DNA from: Rhodothermales bacterium
GTDB taxonomy: Bacteria > Bacteroidota > Rhodothermia > Rhodothermales > Bin80
Direction of reading: 5' to 3'
Length of the DNA: 64,000 nucleotides
Assembly: GCA_965261255.1 (NCBI GenBank)
Contig: CBDHCQ010000004.1
Location: forward strand, 3,215,559 to 3,279,558
How positions within the stretch are numbered: the first letter of the stretch is position 1; every line of letters starts with the position of its first letter. Below the pieces are notes generated by a model, which saw nothing but the letters and a program-made list of their open reading frames with translations, had not been told where the DNA came from and did not search any database. The position numbers and the translations under genes were made by a program. This document shows positions 29,401 through 40,133 of this stretch, piece by piece.

Positions 29401-29842
29401 GGCGGTGCAAATATGCGGATGTCCGAACATCATCTCCTTTGAGGTTATGTCGCAGCGTTGGATATCCCCTTCCTCGGCACCCCCAGTCACAGCGTGAGCA
29501 GATAGGATGATATATGCTAGACAGGATACGGATCATGGTGGCAGAGTTTAAGCCATAAAGGAGCCATATAATGCAGCCATCGTTTGCACCATTCTGCTGC
29601 AGTCAATAAGGCGGGATGCTCCGGCCAAGTGCACCAATTGAATTTGCATTTGGGGTGCTGTCGTGCAACAATGGATGGAAGGATATTGGGGCCAAGAAAT
29701 AACGGTGACGTACAAGAATAGTACCGAAGTATTTCTATAATGAGCAGCGGAGACGGACTTCAAGGATACCTAGACACCGCACACCCAGCTATCTGAGTCT
29801 GGACAGGCCTGCGGAGCGAAGTCCGTTCATAAGCTGACAATG

Positions 29843-29927
29843 CGGAGGGGGAGGGATTCGAACCCCCGGTACCCTGCGGTACGCTGGTTTTCAAGACCAG
29901 TGCATTCGACCACTCTGCCACCCCTCC
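29843..29927 (-). tRNA. tRNA-Ser (anticodon UGA)
   Basis: Manual cloverleaf: acceptor GGAGGGG/CCCCTCC, anticodon arm CTGGT-CTTGAAA-ACCAG, a long variable arm, and T arm GGGGG-TTCGAAT-CCCTC. CCA is not encoded. Confidence 0.9.
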
Positions 29928-29977
29928 GGGATTCCGTGTATACCATCGTGAAAGCCGAACGACCGTTCGACCAAGAG

Positions 29978-30065
29978 CGGAGAGGGTGGGATTCGAACCC
30001 ACGATGAGCTGTTAACCCATACTCCCTTAGCAGGGGAGCGCCTTCAGCCACTCGGCCACCTCTCC
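29978..30065 (-). tRNA. tRNA-Ser (anticodon GCU)
   Basis: Manual cloverleaf: acceptor GGAGAGG/CCTCTCC, anticodon arm CTCCC-CTGCTAA-GGGAG, a long variable arm, and T arm GTGGG-TTCGAAT-CCCAC. CCA is not encoded. Confidence 0.9.
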
Positions 30066-30108
30066 CAAGGATCGTATCCAAGCCACGTATGTTACCGTGC
30101 CACGGAAA

Positions 30109-31035
30109 TCATGTGCCCTCCTCTAACGCGTTGGCTCCGCTAATGATCTCAAGGATTTCCGTAGTGATGGCACTCTGACGTGCACGGTTGTACTGAAGAC
30201 GCAATGCCCTCAGGAGCTCCGTTGCATTTGATGTGGCGTTATCCATCGCAACCATGCGTGCCCCATGTTCGGCAGCACAGGATTCCAGTAATGCACGCCA
30301 GATCGTGAAATTCACGAACCGTGGAACCAGTGTATCCAGGATCTGTGCCGAATCCGGCTCAAACAGGTAATCTGCCCGGTAACGCTCCTTGAGCTCCGGT
30401 ATAGCGATATCCTCCTGCTGCATCACCGGTGTCTGAAACCGCTCCGGGGGAATCGGAATCAGGGGTTCAACAATTCGGTTCTGAGCGATCGTGTTCTTGA
30501 ACTCGTTGTAAACAAGCTTAACCTCGTCCCATCGGCCCGCCATGAATCCTTCTCTGGCAAGCGTACCGATACTCTGAGCTGTTTCGTAGCTCAACTCCCT
30601 GAATACACCGCTAAGATCAGCAACCACATTGTAGTTGCGCTTGGTAAAATGCTCGGCCCCCTTACGACCAACGCCAACTAAGTGCAACGAGCCACTTGCG
30701 TGGAGTTCTGAATACTCGGAAGCAATCAAGGCCTCAGCAGTCTTGATCGCATTACTGTTGAAGGCACCGGCTAGTCCACGGTCCCCGGTAACGACAACAA
30801 TAAGTGCAGCTTTCACCTCCTTTCGTTCCCGTAGCAAGGGGTGCGCATCCACAGCCCCCTGGCGTTTCAAATGCTCAATGATCTCGCCAACCTTGTAGGC
30901 ATAGGGACGCGTTTTGAAAATATTCTCCTGAGCACGGCGCAGCTTCGCTGCCGCGACCATTTTCATGGCACGGGTAACTTGCTGCGTATTCTGGACAGAC
31001 CCAATACGCGTACGTATGTCACGCAGGGTCGCCAT
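30109..31035 (-). CDS. atpG: F-type ATP synthase gamma subunit
   Basis: Starts [36 protein letters not shown] and ends in the ITTEILEIISGA motif. Confidence 0.9.
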   Translation of the reverse strand: MATLRDIRTRIGSVQNTQQVTRAMKMVAAAKLRRAQENIFKTRPYAYKVGEIIEHLKRQGAVDAHPLLRERKEVKAALIVVVTGDRGLAGAFNSNAIKTAEALIASEYSELHASGSLHLVGVGRKGAEHFTKRNYNVVADLSGVFRELSYETAQSIGTLAREGFMAGRWDEVKLVYNEFKNTIAQNRIVEPLIPIPPERFQTPVMQQEDIAIPELKERYRADYLFEPDSAQILDTLVPRFVNFTIWRALLESCAAEHGARMVAMDNATSNATELLRALRLQYNRARQSAITTEILEIISGANALEEGT

Positions 31036-32630
31036 CAGGCCTTGTTTACGTAAAGGTCTACTAGCCGCTTGGCCTCCTCACGGAAAGCGTCCTTCGCTTC
31101 GTCCGACAGTTTACCAGTCTCTATTATACTGGCCAATGCTTCAGGTACGCGAGCACGAAGATTCTCGAGCAACTCCTCCTCGAAACTGGGAATGTCCGAT
31201 ACAGCCACAGCATCCAGCAGACCTTCACTGCCGATGAAAATGACGGCTATCTGCTCTTCGACGGGGACGGGCGCAAACTGGCCTTGCTTGAGCAATTCAA
31301 CGAGTCGCTCGCCGCGCCGCAGCTGTCGCTGCGTGGCAGGATCCAGATCTGAACCGAACTTGGAGAAAGCCTCTAGCTCACGATACTGGGCAAGGTCCAA
31401 ACGCAACATCCCCGCAGCCGATTTCATGGCTTTGATCTGTGCGTTGCCTCCAACACGACTGACGGAAATACCTACGTTGATGGCCGGGCGCACGCCTGCA
31501 TTGAATAGATCCGGCTCCAGGTAAATCTGTCCGTCGGTAATCGAAATAACGTTGGTCGGGATGTAAGCATCCACCGCACCGGCCTGAGTCTCAATAACCG
31601 GCAGTGCCGTGAGTGAGCCTCCCCCCTTGATACGACCCTTCAAGGAATCGGGCAGATCGTTCATCTGGGCAGCGATCTCCTCGCTCGCACTGATCTTGGC
31701 TGCACGCTCCAGTAAGCGGCTGTGCAGATAGAATACATCTCCTGGATAGGCCTCTCGTCCGGGTGGACGACGAAGGAGAAGCGAAACCTGCCGATAAGCC
31801 ACGGCCTGTTTGGACAGATCGTCGTAAATGACGAGGGCGTGTCTGCCGGTATCCCTGAAATACTCACCTATACAAGCACCGGCAAAAGGGGCAATAAACT
31901 GAAGCGGCGCAGCAACGGATGCCGGAGCGTTCACAATCACCGTATAATCCATTGCACCGTTGTCCTCCAGTGCACGAGCCACCTGCGCGACCGTTGAGGC
32001 CTTTTGCCCAATAGCTACGTAGATGCAATAGACAGGGGTCTCGGTCTCATGTGTTGAGCGCTGGCTGATGATCGTGTCGATCAGCACAGCGGTTTTACCG
32101 GTCTGGCGATCACCAATCACAAGCTCACGCTGTCCGCGGCCGATCGGGATCATAGAGTCAATGGCTTTGATCCCGGTTACCAACGGTTCGGACACCGGTT
32201 GGCGGTAAATGACGCTCGGTGCCTTGCGCTCGAGAGGCATCTCACAGGTCTCGCCCGTGAGTGCGCCTTTGCCATCAAGCACCCTCCCAAGCGGATCAAT
32301 AACGCGTCCCAACATGCTCTCCGTCACCTGAATGGATGCAATGCGGCGTGTACGACGCGCGCGATCCCCCTCTTTGACTTCCTGAACTTCTCCGAAGAGG
32401 ACTACACCTACGTTGTCCTCCTCCAGGTTCAGGACCATGCCGGTAACATCGCGTTCAGGAAACACAATGAGTTCACCTGCCTGCACTTGCGACAAGCCGT
32501 AGAGACGGGCAATACCATCCCCCACCTGCAGAACGGTGCCCACTTCGTACATGTCTGTTGCGGATTCAAATCCACCTAGCTCTTGTCTGAGAAGAGTTGT
32601 GACTTCATCCGGTCGTATAGCCGTTGTCAT
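31035..32630 (-). CDS. atpA: F-type ATP synthase alpha subunit
   Basis: Walker A GDRQTGKT in a 531-aa protein. Its stop overlaps the atpG start. Confidence 0.95.
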   Translation of the reverse strand: MTTAIRPDEVTTLLRQELGGFESATDMYEVGTVLQVGDGIARLYGLSQVQAGELIVFPERDVTGMVLNLEEDNVGVVLFGEVQEVKEGDRARRTRRIASIQVTESMLGRVIDPLGRVLDGKGALTGETCEMPLERKAPSVIYRQPVSEPLVTGIKAIDSMIPIGRGQRELVIGDRQTGKTAVLIDTIISQRSTHETETPVYCIYVAIGQKASTVAQVARALEDNGAMDYTVIVNAPASVAAPLQFIAPFAGACIGEYFRDTGRHALVIYDDLSKQAVAYRQVSLLLRRPPGREAYPGDVFYLHSRLLERAAKISASEEIAAQMNDLPDSLKGRIKGGGSLTALPVIETQAGAVDAYIPTNVISITDGQIYLEPDLFNAGVRPAINVGISVSRVGGNAQIKAMKSAAGMLRLDLAQYRELEAFSKFGSDLDPATQRQLRRGERLVELLKQGQFAPVPVEEQIAVIFIGSEGLLDAVAVSDIPSFEEELLENLRARVPEALASIIETGKLSDEAKDAFREEAKRLVDLYVNKA

Positions 32631-32650
32631 TTCGTAATTATCAATAATAT

Positions 32651-33184
32651 TTAGGACTGTGCGTGCAGACGGCTTCGGAGCAGTGAAAGCTGGTGTCGAA
32701 CGCTGCCATCATATACCGTATCGCCAATTTCTAACACGATACCGCCCATAAGTGCTGAATCTAAGACCACATCAAGTCGGACAGTTTTATTCAGCTGCTC
32801 CCCCAACACACCGCGCAGGTGTTCCTGCTCGCGCTTGGATAACGCTGAATGCGCTCGGACACGCACTTCTATAGCCCCCTGCGCTTTATCCGTCAACGCC
32901 AGAAATCGGGCAGCAATCGTACGAAGTAACGATTCTCTGCCACGCTCAACCAGCATCAGCATAAAGCGCAAGGTCAGTTCCTGTACTCGTCCAGCAAACA
33001 GGCCTTGCAGAACAGCAGATTTTTTTCGCCTCGGTACGACGGGGCTTTTCAGGCATTGATCCAACTCAGCAGAGCTATCAAGCGTGTCGCTCAACAGCTT
33101 CACGTCAGCTGCAACCGAGGGCATCCCTTCCGCCTCGTCGTATAGCGCCTGCGCATATCGTTGCGCAACCACTGAAGAAATCAT
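32651..33184 (-). CDS. atpH: F-type ATP synthase delta (OSCP) subunit
   Basis: Starts [11 protein letters not shown], ends [20 protein letters not shown], and sits in the expected operon position. Confidence 0.85.
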   Translation of the reverse strand: MISSVVAQRYAQALYDEAEGMPSVAADVKLLSDTLDSSAELDQCLKSPVVPRRKKSAVLQGLFAGRVQELTLRFMLMLVERGRESLLRTIAARFLALTDKAQGAIEVRVRAHSALSKREQEHLRGVLGEQLNKTVRLDVVLDSALMGGIVLEIGDTVYDGSVRHQLSLLRSRLHAQS

Positions 33185-33711
33185 GCCTGATAAGGGAACT
33201 GGTTGTGCTTCTGGGTAGACAGTTCGTCTATGAACCGGTCCACAAGCACACGCTGACGCGATCCGTCCAGGTTCTCCTGTAGAACTTTCTCCGCTGCGAG
33301 GATAGCCAGGTCAGCTACCTCACCGCGCAGGGCTTGCAGGGCTTTTTCTTTGTCCCGTGCAATGTCCTCCTGAGCCTGTTTTCGGAGTGCATTAATTTCT
33401 TCGCGAGTACGCTGTACTTCGCGTTCCCGGAATTGCTCTGCTTCTTCCCTCGCCTCTCGAAGCAGTCGCTGCGCCTGCTGCTCATTCTCACGACGAGCCT
33501 GGGCATTGCTTTCCTGCAGTCGCTTGCTTTCCTCCAGAGCCGCTTCAGCCCGATTGAGTGAACCCGCGATAGTTTCCTCCCGTTCATTCAAAGCAGAGGT
33601 GATCGGTCCCCAGGCGAACCGCCGAAGCAAGTATAGTAACCCCAGAAACACCAGCGTCATCCAGACGACCAGCCCGAGATTGGCACTCAGTAAGTCTGCG
33701 GCAAACAACAT
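33181..33711 (-). CDS. atpF: F-type ATP synthase subunit b
   Basis: A single N-terminal TM helix followed by a long charged coiled-coil rich in E, R and Q, in the expected operon position. Confidence 0.85.
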   Translation of the reverse strand: MLFAADLLSANLGLVVWMTLVFLGLLYLLRRFAWGPITSALNEREETIAGSLNRAEAALEESKRLQESNAQARRENEQQAQRLLREAREEAEQFREREVQRTREEINALRKQAQEDIARDKEKALQALRGEVADLAILAAEKVLQENLDGSRQRVLVDRFIDELSTQKHNQFPYQA

Positions 33712-33720
33712 CCTGGGCGC

Positions 33721-33966
<246 letters not shown>

Positions 33967-33974
33967 TTATACGC

Positions 33975-35075
33975 TTAGTGTGCCTCACTGTGCGAATGGT
34001 CGGCAATAGCCATCCCAATGAACAATGCGGACAGGATAGTGAAGATGTAAGCCTGGATGAAGGCAATAAGCACCTCCAGGCACATCACGAATAAAGTAAA
34101 GCCTAAACTTACCGGCACTACGCCGTAGCCTACGACTTCACCAAACAGCAGTGTGAACGTAAAGATCATACCAATGAGGCTCAGTATCACCAGATGCCCC
34201 GCAGTCAAGTTGGCAAAAAGCCGGATTGCAAGGGCAATGGGTTTAGTGAAGAGCCCCATGATTTCCGTCGGAATCAAGAGAATCTTAACGGGGATGGGCA
34301 TGTTGGGGGGCCAAAAGACATGCCGCCAGTGATCTCTTGATCCATTGAACTGCGTCAGTACAAATGTAAAGGCAGCCAATACTGCGGTAATGTTCAGATT
34401 CGAGGTGGCGGTTGCACCAAATGGTACGAGCCCCAACAGATTACAGGTTAAAATGAAGAAGAATGCCGTTAGCAGGTACGGAAGGTAGCGCTGGTACTTA
34501 TCCCGCCCCAAATTCGGGATCGCGATATCATCGCGTACGAAAATGACCAGTGTTTCAAACAGGTTTTGAAAGAGTCCCTGAGGGGCACTCGTCCGCCCAA
34601 TGCCACGCTTATACTTTTCTGCAAGTTGAAGAAATATCGTCAGCAAAATACCCGACGCAAGTAATGCAAACATCAGATGTCGCGTCATGGATAAATCCAG
34701 TACAACTTCTCCATCATTCGGTACGAGCGTTGCATCCAGATGGTCACCGCTTGCAATCAATGCTTCGGCATCCAGCTCCTCTTCTGCGTGTGCGTCTTCT
34801 TCGGTCTCTTCACTGTGAATAGATGCATGCATCTCGCCAGATCGAAGGGCGCTCTTGGTTGTCCAGTAGGTACGTAGACTATAGCCGGTGATCTCGCTGC
34901 GGACAATAAAAATCCGGGGTAACTCAATTTTACCGATGGGTGAGAAATCCAGATAATATCCGTCAGCAGTATGATGCACTGCATCAAACTCTTCGTCATC
35001 GGCAGCCATGACAGCCGTCGGAGCCAAATAAATCAGCATGCACCACAGGCAAAGCAAACGGCGCACTGACGGCAT
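33975..35075 (-). CDS. atpB: F-type ATP synthase subunit a, with a long N-terminal extension
   Basis: The C-terminal half carries the conserved LAIRLFANLTAGH arginine motif. I chose the start at 35075 because it forms TGATG coupling with the upstream ORF's stop. The ORF-track alternative is 35099. Confidence 0.85.
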   Translation of the reverse strand: MPSVRRLLCLWCMLIYLAPTAVMAADDEEFDAVHHTADGYYLDFSPIGKIELPRIFIVRSEITGYSLRTYWTTKSALRSGEMHASIHSEETEEDAHAEEELDAEALIASGDHLDATLVPNDGEVVLDLSMTRHLMFALLASGILLTIFLQLAEKYKRGIGRTSAPQGLFQNLFETLVIFVRDDIAIPNLGRDKYQRYLPYLLTAFFFILTCNLLGLVPFGATATSNLNITAVLAAFTFVLTQFNGSRDHWRHVFWPPNMPIPVKILLIPTEIMGLFTKPIALAIRLFANLTAGHLVILSLIGMIFTFTLLFGEVVGYGVVPVSLGFTLFVMCLEVLIAFIQAYIFTILSALFIGMAIADHSHSEAH

Positions 35076-35368
35076 CAAACTTTTCGGCGAATTACCCATG
35101 TGAGTTCAGCAAATAACCCGATCAATACCACAATCAAAAATGCCGCCGTAAGGGCCAAAAGTGCGATCTGAAAAGGAAAAATGGGAAACTGAATAATTAT
35201 GACCAAGGCTACCAGAGCCCCAAACATGCGCAACACCATGCCGCCCAATACTATTGGCACGAACCGCGATGACTGCTGTGCGAGCGAAACCACAAATACA
35301 CTAGTTATTACGTAACACAACCCCAAAAGCACACCCACTACAGCACTCCACAACACACTCTCATCCAT
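35075..35368 (-). CDS. AtpI-like small membrane protein
   Basis: A 97-aa protein with three or four hydrophobic helices, immediately upstream of and coupled to atpB. Confidence 0.55.
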   Translation of the reverse strand: MDESVLWSAVVGVLLGLCYVITSVFVVSLAQQSSRFVPIVLGGMVLRMFGALVALVIIIQFPIFPFQIALLALTAAFLIVVLIGLFAELTWVIRRKV

Positions 35369-35449
35369 GGCGACGCTTTAACTACGAATTTACGAAATGG
35401 GTCTCGAATGAGAGCAATGGCGCATGCAAAGGCCGGTAAACCCGCATGG

Positions 35450-35674
35450 CTACTGTTTGTTGACTTCCCCGTTAGTGTTCGCGATGTGAATCAGGCGCAC
35501 GAAGATACAAACCATTCCTAGAATAGCACCTGCCAGAATGAACCACGGCATCGTTCCCAGAAACCGGTCCAGAAAATATCCACCGACCACAAAGGCAACC
35601 ATGGTCATCGCTACCTGGGTACCGAGACTCAGATAGGGAGAAGCCTCACGTATGCTCTTCTGCCAGTTGCTCAT
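35450..35674 (-). CDS. AtpZ/AtpI-family small membrane protein (ATPase_gene1-like)
   Basis: A 74-aa protein with the SPYLSLGTQVAMTMVAFVVGGYFLD pattern typical of the small proteins that precede atp operons. Confidence 0.6.
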   Translation of the reverse strand: MSNWQKSIREASPYLSLGTQVAMTMVAFVVGGYFLDRFLGTMPWFILAGAILGMVCIFVRLIHIANTNGEVNKQ

Positions 35675-36125
35675 TGCTGATTTTCACGCGCTCACCGTCT
35701 GTGATGGGGGGTTGAGCAAAGTTCGGCAGGTTAGGCTTGCCCTTGTGTCCCATCTGACACTCGCCATTGAAGGCGGCCCCTTCTTCTATAACCAGACGAT
35801 CCGTGTATATATGTCCTTGAATGTTGGCCGAGCTGGTCAGCAGTACCTTCTTTACAATACTGATCTCTCCATTTACAGTACCTGCTATGTTAGCACTGTC
35901 AGCCCGTACGGATCCGGTAACTACGCCTGATTCGGTGATGAGCAGGAGGCCGTCAACCCTGATATCTCCCTCAATTCTGCCTCCCAGGCGTGTATCAGAA
36001 CTCGTGCTGAATGTGCCCTCAACAACTGATCCATCTGCGATGATATTCACGTTGGTAGCACCTGGTGAGTCCTTCGAGTTACGTTTGAGGGTCGCTTGCT
36101 GATTTTTTTTCGCCATGAGAGCCAT
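35646..36125 (-). CDS. Bactofilin-family cytoskeletal protein
   Basis: Repetitive beta-helix pattern (IADGSVVEGTFSTSSDTRLGGRIEGDIRVDGLLLITESGVVTGSV...) characteristic of bactofilin (DUF583). Confidence 0.8.
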   Translation of the reverse strand: MALMAKKNQQATLKRNSKDSPGATNVNIIADGSVVEGTFSTSSDTRLGGRIEGDIRVDGLLLITESGVVTGSVRADSANIAGTVNGEISIVKKVLLTSSANIQGHIYTDRLVIEEGAAFNGECQMGHKGKPNLPNFAQPPITDGERVKISNEQLAEEHT

Positions 36126-36174
36126 GTATGGTTAAGACCTGAGTTTGTGTTACACAACAAAAGATATTCAAGTT

Positions 36175-37101
36175 TCAGTATCCGAGCAGATAGGCGATTG
36201 GATCCTGTGCTAAGCCGTTGTTCCACAGCTCAAAATGGAGATGTGGTCCTGATGTATACTCACCGGAATCTCCACTGACTGCGATACTTTCACGAGCGCC
36301 AACCCGGTCGCCTACCCGTTTCAGTAAGCGCTGATTATGCTTATAGACCGAAACATATCCATCGGCGTGCTGAACGACTATGGTATGTCCCCCTTCGTAA
36401 GTCCAATCTGCGAAAACAACATATCCGTCACCGATACAACGAACCACTGTGCCCTCACTGACTGCGATATCTATAGCATAATGCTCTTCTTGAGCGTCAA
36501 ACCCTCGCGTGATCAAGCCTTGTACCGGTGGTAGAGCCGGCAACGCAAGACTAGACAGGTAATTGATAGGAGCCGGTGAGGACATAGATGCGGGGGAATC
36601 ATCAATTGAGAAGCGGAAAAGCGGAAGAGCGGGCTGTACATCGCCCTCCTGCTGAACCGATAGAGTGGCCGGAACTGGTGCGGTCGGCTCTATGGATACG
36701 GTTGTATCCGACAAGATACCCGTGTGTGACGGATCCAAATCCCTGACCATCAAACGCCGGATATTGGCTATATACTGGGTCTGTACGTCAATGGAATCCT
36801 CCAGTGCCTGGAGGCGCAAGGAGAACAACATCGTACTATGCCGGAGTTCACGAATATCCAAGCCAGGGATTAACCCGTGATATAGCGTGAAGCCCGTGGC
36901 ACCGCAAATGAGGACGGTGTATATCGCGATTATAGTAAAAAATGCTGTACGCGCGTGCATCCGTTTAGGAGAAAACTCGCTGTACAGTTCGTCCTGATCC
37001 CCACTCTGGTCACCCTTCCAGACCATGACACGTCGTCCGCGGCCGGACCGCCAGAAAACCTCGATCCAGAAGTTTACAAGTTCACGCCACGCACGCGTCA
37101 T
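36175..37101 (-). CDS. M23-family metallopeptidase (LytM-type)
   Basis: HYAIDIA, then the GDSGEYTSGPHLHFEL (HxH) motifs, with an N-terminal TM anchor. Confidence 0.85.
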   Translation of the reverse strand: MTRAWRELVNFWIEVFWRSGRGRRVMVWKGDQSGDQDELYSEFSPKRMHARTAFFTIIAIYTVLICGATGFTLYHGLIPGLDIRELRHSTMLFSLRLQALEDSIDVQTQYIANIRRLMVRDLDPSHTGILSDTTVSIEPTAPVPATLSVQQEGDVQPALPLFRFSIDDSPASMSSPAPINYLSSLALPALPPVQGLITRGFDAQEEHYAIDIAVSEGTVVRCIGDGYVVFADWTYEGGHTIVVQHADGYVSVYKHNQRLLKRVGDRVGARESIAVSGDSGEYTSGPHLHFELWNNGLAQDPIAYLLGY

Positions 37102-37157
37102 TCTGCTTCAGTCTTTGACTCACAGATTAATACAATTGTCTGAGAGACCTGGGATAG

Positions 37158-37475
37158 CTATCGAAAAACGATCTCACTAATAATACGTTTGCCAAGTTTT
37201 TCGTTCAGGCGATCACGCCACTGGATGCGATGCATGTGCAGTTCCTGACGCCAGGTTCCGGAGTTTAACTCCACATACATTTTGCCGCGGCGCACCCAGA
37301 CCCGTTCGGTAACTCTCGCGATAATTGGACCCGCAATATCATGCCAGACTTCAATGGCCCTCGACTGATCTACACCAACTCTTACGCCGAGGTCGTCAAT
37401 GGCGGCATCAACCAGATCGCCAAGGGCAAGCGGCGCACTTTGTCTTTGCGAATCCATGAAAGTATCAGGCAACAA
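37158..37475 (-). CDS. DUF721/DciA-like protein
   Basis: The 105-aa size and the VWVRRGKMYVELNSGTWRQELHM pattern fit DUF721-family proteins. Confidence 0.6.
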   Translation of the reverse strand: MLPDTFMDSQRQSAPLALGDLVDAAIDDLGVRVGVDQSRAIEVWHDIAGPIIARVTERVWVRRGKMYVELNSGTWRQELHMHRIQWRDRLNEKLGKRIISEIVFR

Positions 37476-38117
37476 AAAACACCATACTTCTTACATAATA
37501 GCGTTGCATAGGATGCAAAAACATATCTGCATGAATAGTTAACCAATGTGAACAGGTCCTGCTATCCAGGAATTGCATACGCATCCGGCTACGTAACTGC
37601 ATCCGGTATTGGTACAGCTGCACGGCTGGAGGGATTCGGGTTGCAGGCCCATCTGATCCGTGAATTGGATCTATACCGCAGCACATAACCAGCATGTTCG
37701 TTGAAAAGACAAGTTTCAGACGCACGCACACTAGTCGGGATTATGGTTGCTCGCGAATATAACTTTCCTTTGATCATCGGGGATGTGGTCAACAGGAAAA
37801 AATGTCGCCGAAGAGACAAGTGATTATGTTTTGAGGCGCAAGAATGGGATTTGTGGGATCAATTCTCTGTGCTGTGCATGATTGCATAGGGACTGCTGAG
37901 GTTACTCGTAGGAGGGTTGCTTGAATCAACGGCACAACAATTGCATTTGACTGGTTCGAATGGAGCGGGCAGCCGTCTTGTGCAATGTACCACTGGTTCT
38001 GGGAGCACAGGAAGATCAACGCTCCGAGCGTGATGCTTCTCTTCAAGAACGCAGCGGTTCAGCTGAATGCTAGGATGAATGTTACTCGCAAGCGTCGTAA
38101 TGCGACTTAGAATTAAC

Positions 38118-39509
38118 ATGAAAAAAATTTTCTCGGTTATCGGACTCTGGTACTTCCTTGCGTTGCCTGCAGCCGCGCAGCTCCACAGTGACACATTGCG
38201 CGTTGACCTGAGGTCAGTCCTTGAACAAACACTATCAGTCAGCCCTGACGTTCGTGCTGCCCGGTCAGAGTCTGCCAGGGCCAGCGCCAGATACGACCTA
38301 GCGCGAAGCAGCCGCTTCTTGCCGAACGCAACAGTAACCAGCGCGATGGCCGTAGTGCCGGGGATAGAGAACCCTAACGATACACCGCGTGATCAACTCT
38401 ACCTGGATCCAGCTGTACGCAACGACTACAGCAATCTTCGCCCCTATGCCCAGGCAGAAGTGTCGTTCATCCAACCCGTTTACACTTGGGGAGCTCTAGG
38501 AAATGCAATTAGGGCAGCTGGTGCAGGAGCGGATCTCGAAGATGCTCGTGCGCAGGGGACGGGGATCATGGCCTCACTGCGGGCAGCCTCCCTCTATTAT
38601 GATGTTCTGCTTACGAATGAACTGTACCGGCTGACTGATCGGGCGGGTGAAGTGGTGCGTATGGCTATGCAGGAAATCAACCGCCTCCTGGAGGAAGGAG
38701 ATCCAGAAGTGGATGATGCTGATCGCTACCAGGTGCTCATTACCGAACAGGAATACGCGCGCCGTGTTGTGCAAGTAACCCAGGAACGTCAAACCGTGCA
38801 CGCCGCACTTCGTCGGCAACTCATGGCGGCTGATTCCGTCATCCTTGTACCAGTGCGCGATGCCCTCGAACCACTGACCTTCATTTTGGAGAACCTGTTG
38901 ACTTATCAGCAAAAAGCACTCATGTATCGCCCGGAGATTCTTCAGGCGCAGGCCGGCCTGGCGGCCACAGATGCATTGATTCGTGTGGCAAAGGCCGACT
39001 ACTATCCTCAGGCCGTCTTCGGGCTTACCCTAAGCGCCAGCGGCGCTTCCAACCGGTACCGCCAACCCAACCCGTATATCAGCGATGGCTTCAGAAGAAC
39101 CAGCGCCCGCACAGGTTTTGGATTGATTCAGGGATTGAACTTCCGGCAGACACGGGCACGAGTTGCACAGGCACAGGCACAACACGCTTCCGCTGGGCAT
39201 CTGTCTGTTGCCGCGGAGCAACTGGTTTTGGCTGAGGTTGAACAGGCATGGCGTCGGGTGATTACAGAAGAGGCAGCGCTCGCCGCAGAAGATAGCTCGC
39301 TGGCAATCAGCAAGGAGTGGCTTCGTGTTGAGCAGATTAACTTTGATCTGGATCTGGGCGACACGGAAAATCTCGTAAAAGCAGTCCAGACCAACCTCGA
39401 GACAGAAGCCCGGTACTATGAAGCAATCCGCCGGTATAACATGTCCATCCTGGAACTCATGGCAGCCGCTGGACTGCTGACGCGCGAAATGAATCTATTC
39501 ATTGAATAA
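38118..39509 (+). CDS. TolC-family outer-membrane efflux protein
   Basis: Signal peptide MKKIFSVIGLWYFLALPAAAQ and a two-fold internal repeat with long helical segments. I chose the ATG at 38118. Confidence 0.75.
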   Translation: MKKIFSVIGLWYFLALPAAAQLHSDTLRVDLRSVLEQTLSVSPDVRAARSESARASARYDLARSSRFLPNATVTSAMAVVPGIENPNDTPRDQLYLDPAVRNDYSNLRPYAQAEVSFIQPVYTWGALGNAIRAAGAGADLEDARAQGTGIMASLRAASLYYDVLLTNELYRLTDRAGEVVRMAMQEINRLLEEGDPEVDDADRYQVLITEQEYARRVVQVTQERQTVHAALRRQLMAADSVILVPVRDALEPLTFILENLLTYQQKALMYRPEILQAQAGLAATDALIRVAKADYYPQAVFGLTLSASGASNRYRQPNPYISDGFRRTSARTGFGLIQGLNFRQTRARVAQAQAQHASAGHLSVAAEQLVLAEVEQAWRRVITEEAALAAEDSSLAISKEWLRVEQINFDLDLGDTENLVKAVQTNLETEARYYEAIRRYNMSILELMAAAGLLTREMNLFIE

Positions 39510-39518
39510 CCGAACCTG

Positions 39519-40106
39519 ATGAAACAGGCCTTGCTAATTGTCATAACTGGCATGTTGCTGTGGATGCCCTCGGTCTCAGCCCAGGATGCAGAGAGCGAAG
39601 TGCGTTCACTGATCATGCAGCGGGATCGCGATATAAAGGCAGCTGTTCGCGCGATGGAGAATGATCCCTCCCAGCGTGAGGTGGCACGATCTCTGATCAA
39701 TGATCGAATTGACTTTGAGGAGATGGGTCGGCTTGCGCTCGGGCGTTACTATGAGGACTTATCGTCTGATGAGCGTTCGGATTTTATCGAAACCTTTGGC
39801 GCGATTGTGCGCGCACAGTCGCTGGGAGACTTATCAGTTTATGAGGCCCCGGTCACGGTCAAGTCGGTGACGGTCACCGGTGAAAAAGCATCGGTAAGCA
39901 CAACCTCAAGAGTGCGTGAGGCTGACCTTGATGTGGTTTACCAGCTGCACAGAAAAGATGGAGTCTGGTGGTTGTATGATATCATTATTGATGAAGTAGG
40001 TACCGTAGAGGGATATTCAGTGTCCTTTCAGACTTTCCTGCGCAAGCGGGGATTTGAGGCATTCATGCAGAGTCTACGTAAAAGGCTTGCCGTAGAGGAG
40101 GGCTGA
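39519..40106 (+). CDS. MlaC/Ttg2D-like periplasmic lipid-binding protein
   Basis: A signal peptide followed by IDFEEMGRLALGRYYEDLSSDERSDFIETF, as in the toluene-tolerance Ttg2D family. Confidence 0.7.
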   Translation: MKQALLIVITGMLLWMPSVSAQDAESEVRSLIMQRDRDIKAAVRAMENDPSQREVARSLINDRIDFEEMGRLALGRYYEDLSSDERSDFIETFGAIVRAQSLGDLSVYEAPVTVKSVTVTGEKASVSTTSRVREADLDVVYQLHRKDGVWWLYDIIIDEVGTVEGYSVSFQTFLRKRGFEAFMQSLRKRLAVEEG

Positions 40107-40133
40107 TCAGATAGGTCGAACGGCGTATCTTTA

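Noticed and set aside
29760-30081. ORFs of 80 and 84 aa on the minus strand
   Set aside because: They are translations straight through the two tRNA-Ser genes.
35646-37101. Bactofilin plus M23 peptidase pair as a novel module
   Set aside because: The association of bactofilins with LytM/M23 peptidases in cell-shape control is already well described.
37953-37961. GGTTCGAAT T-loop-like string suggesting a tRNA or tmRNA
   Set aside because: The flanking bases do not form a T stem or an acceptor stem, so no cloverleaf can be drawn.
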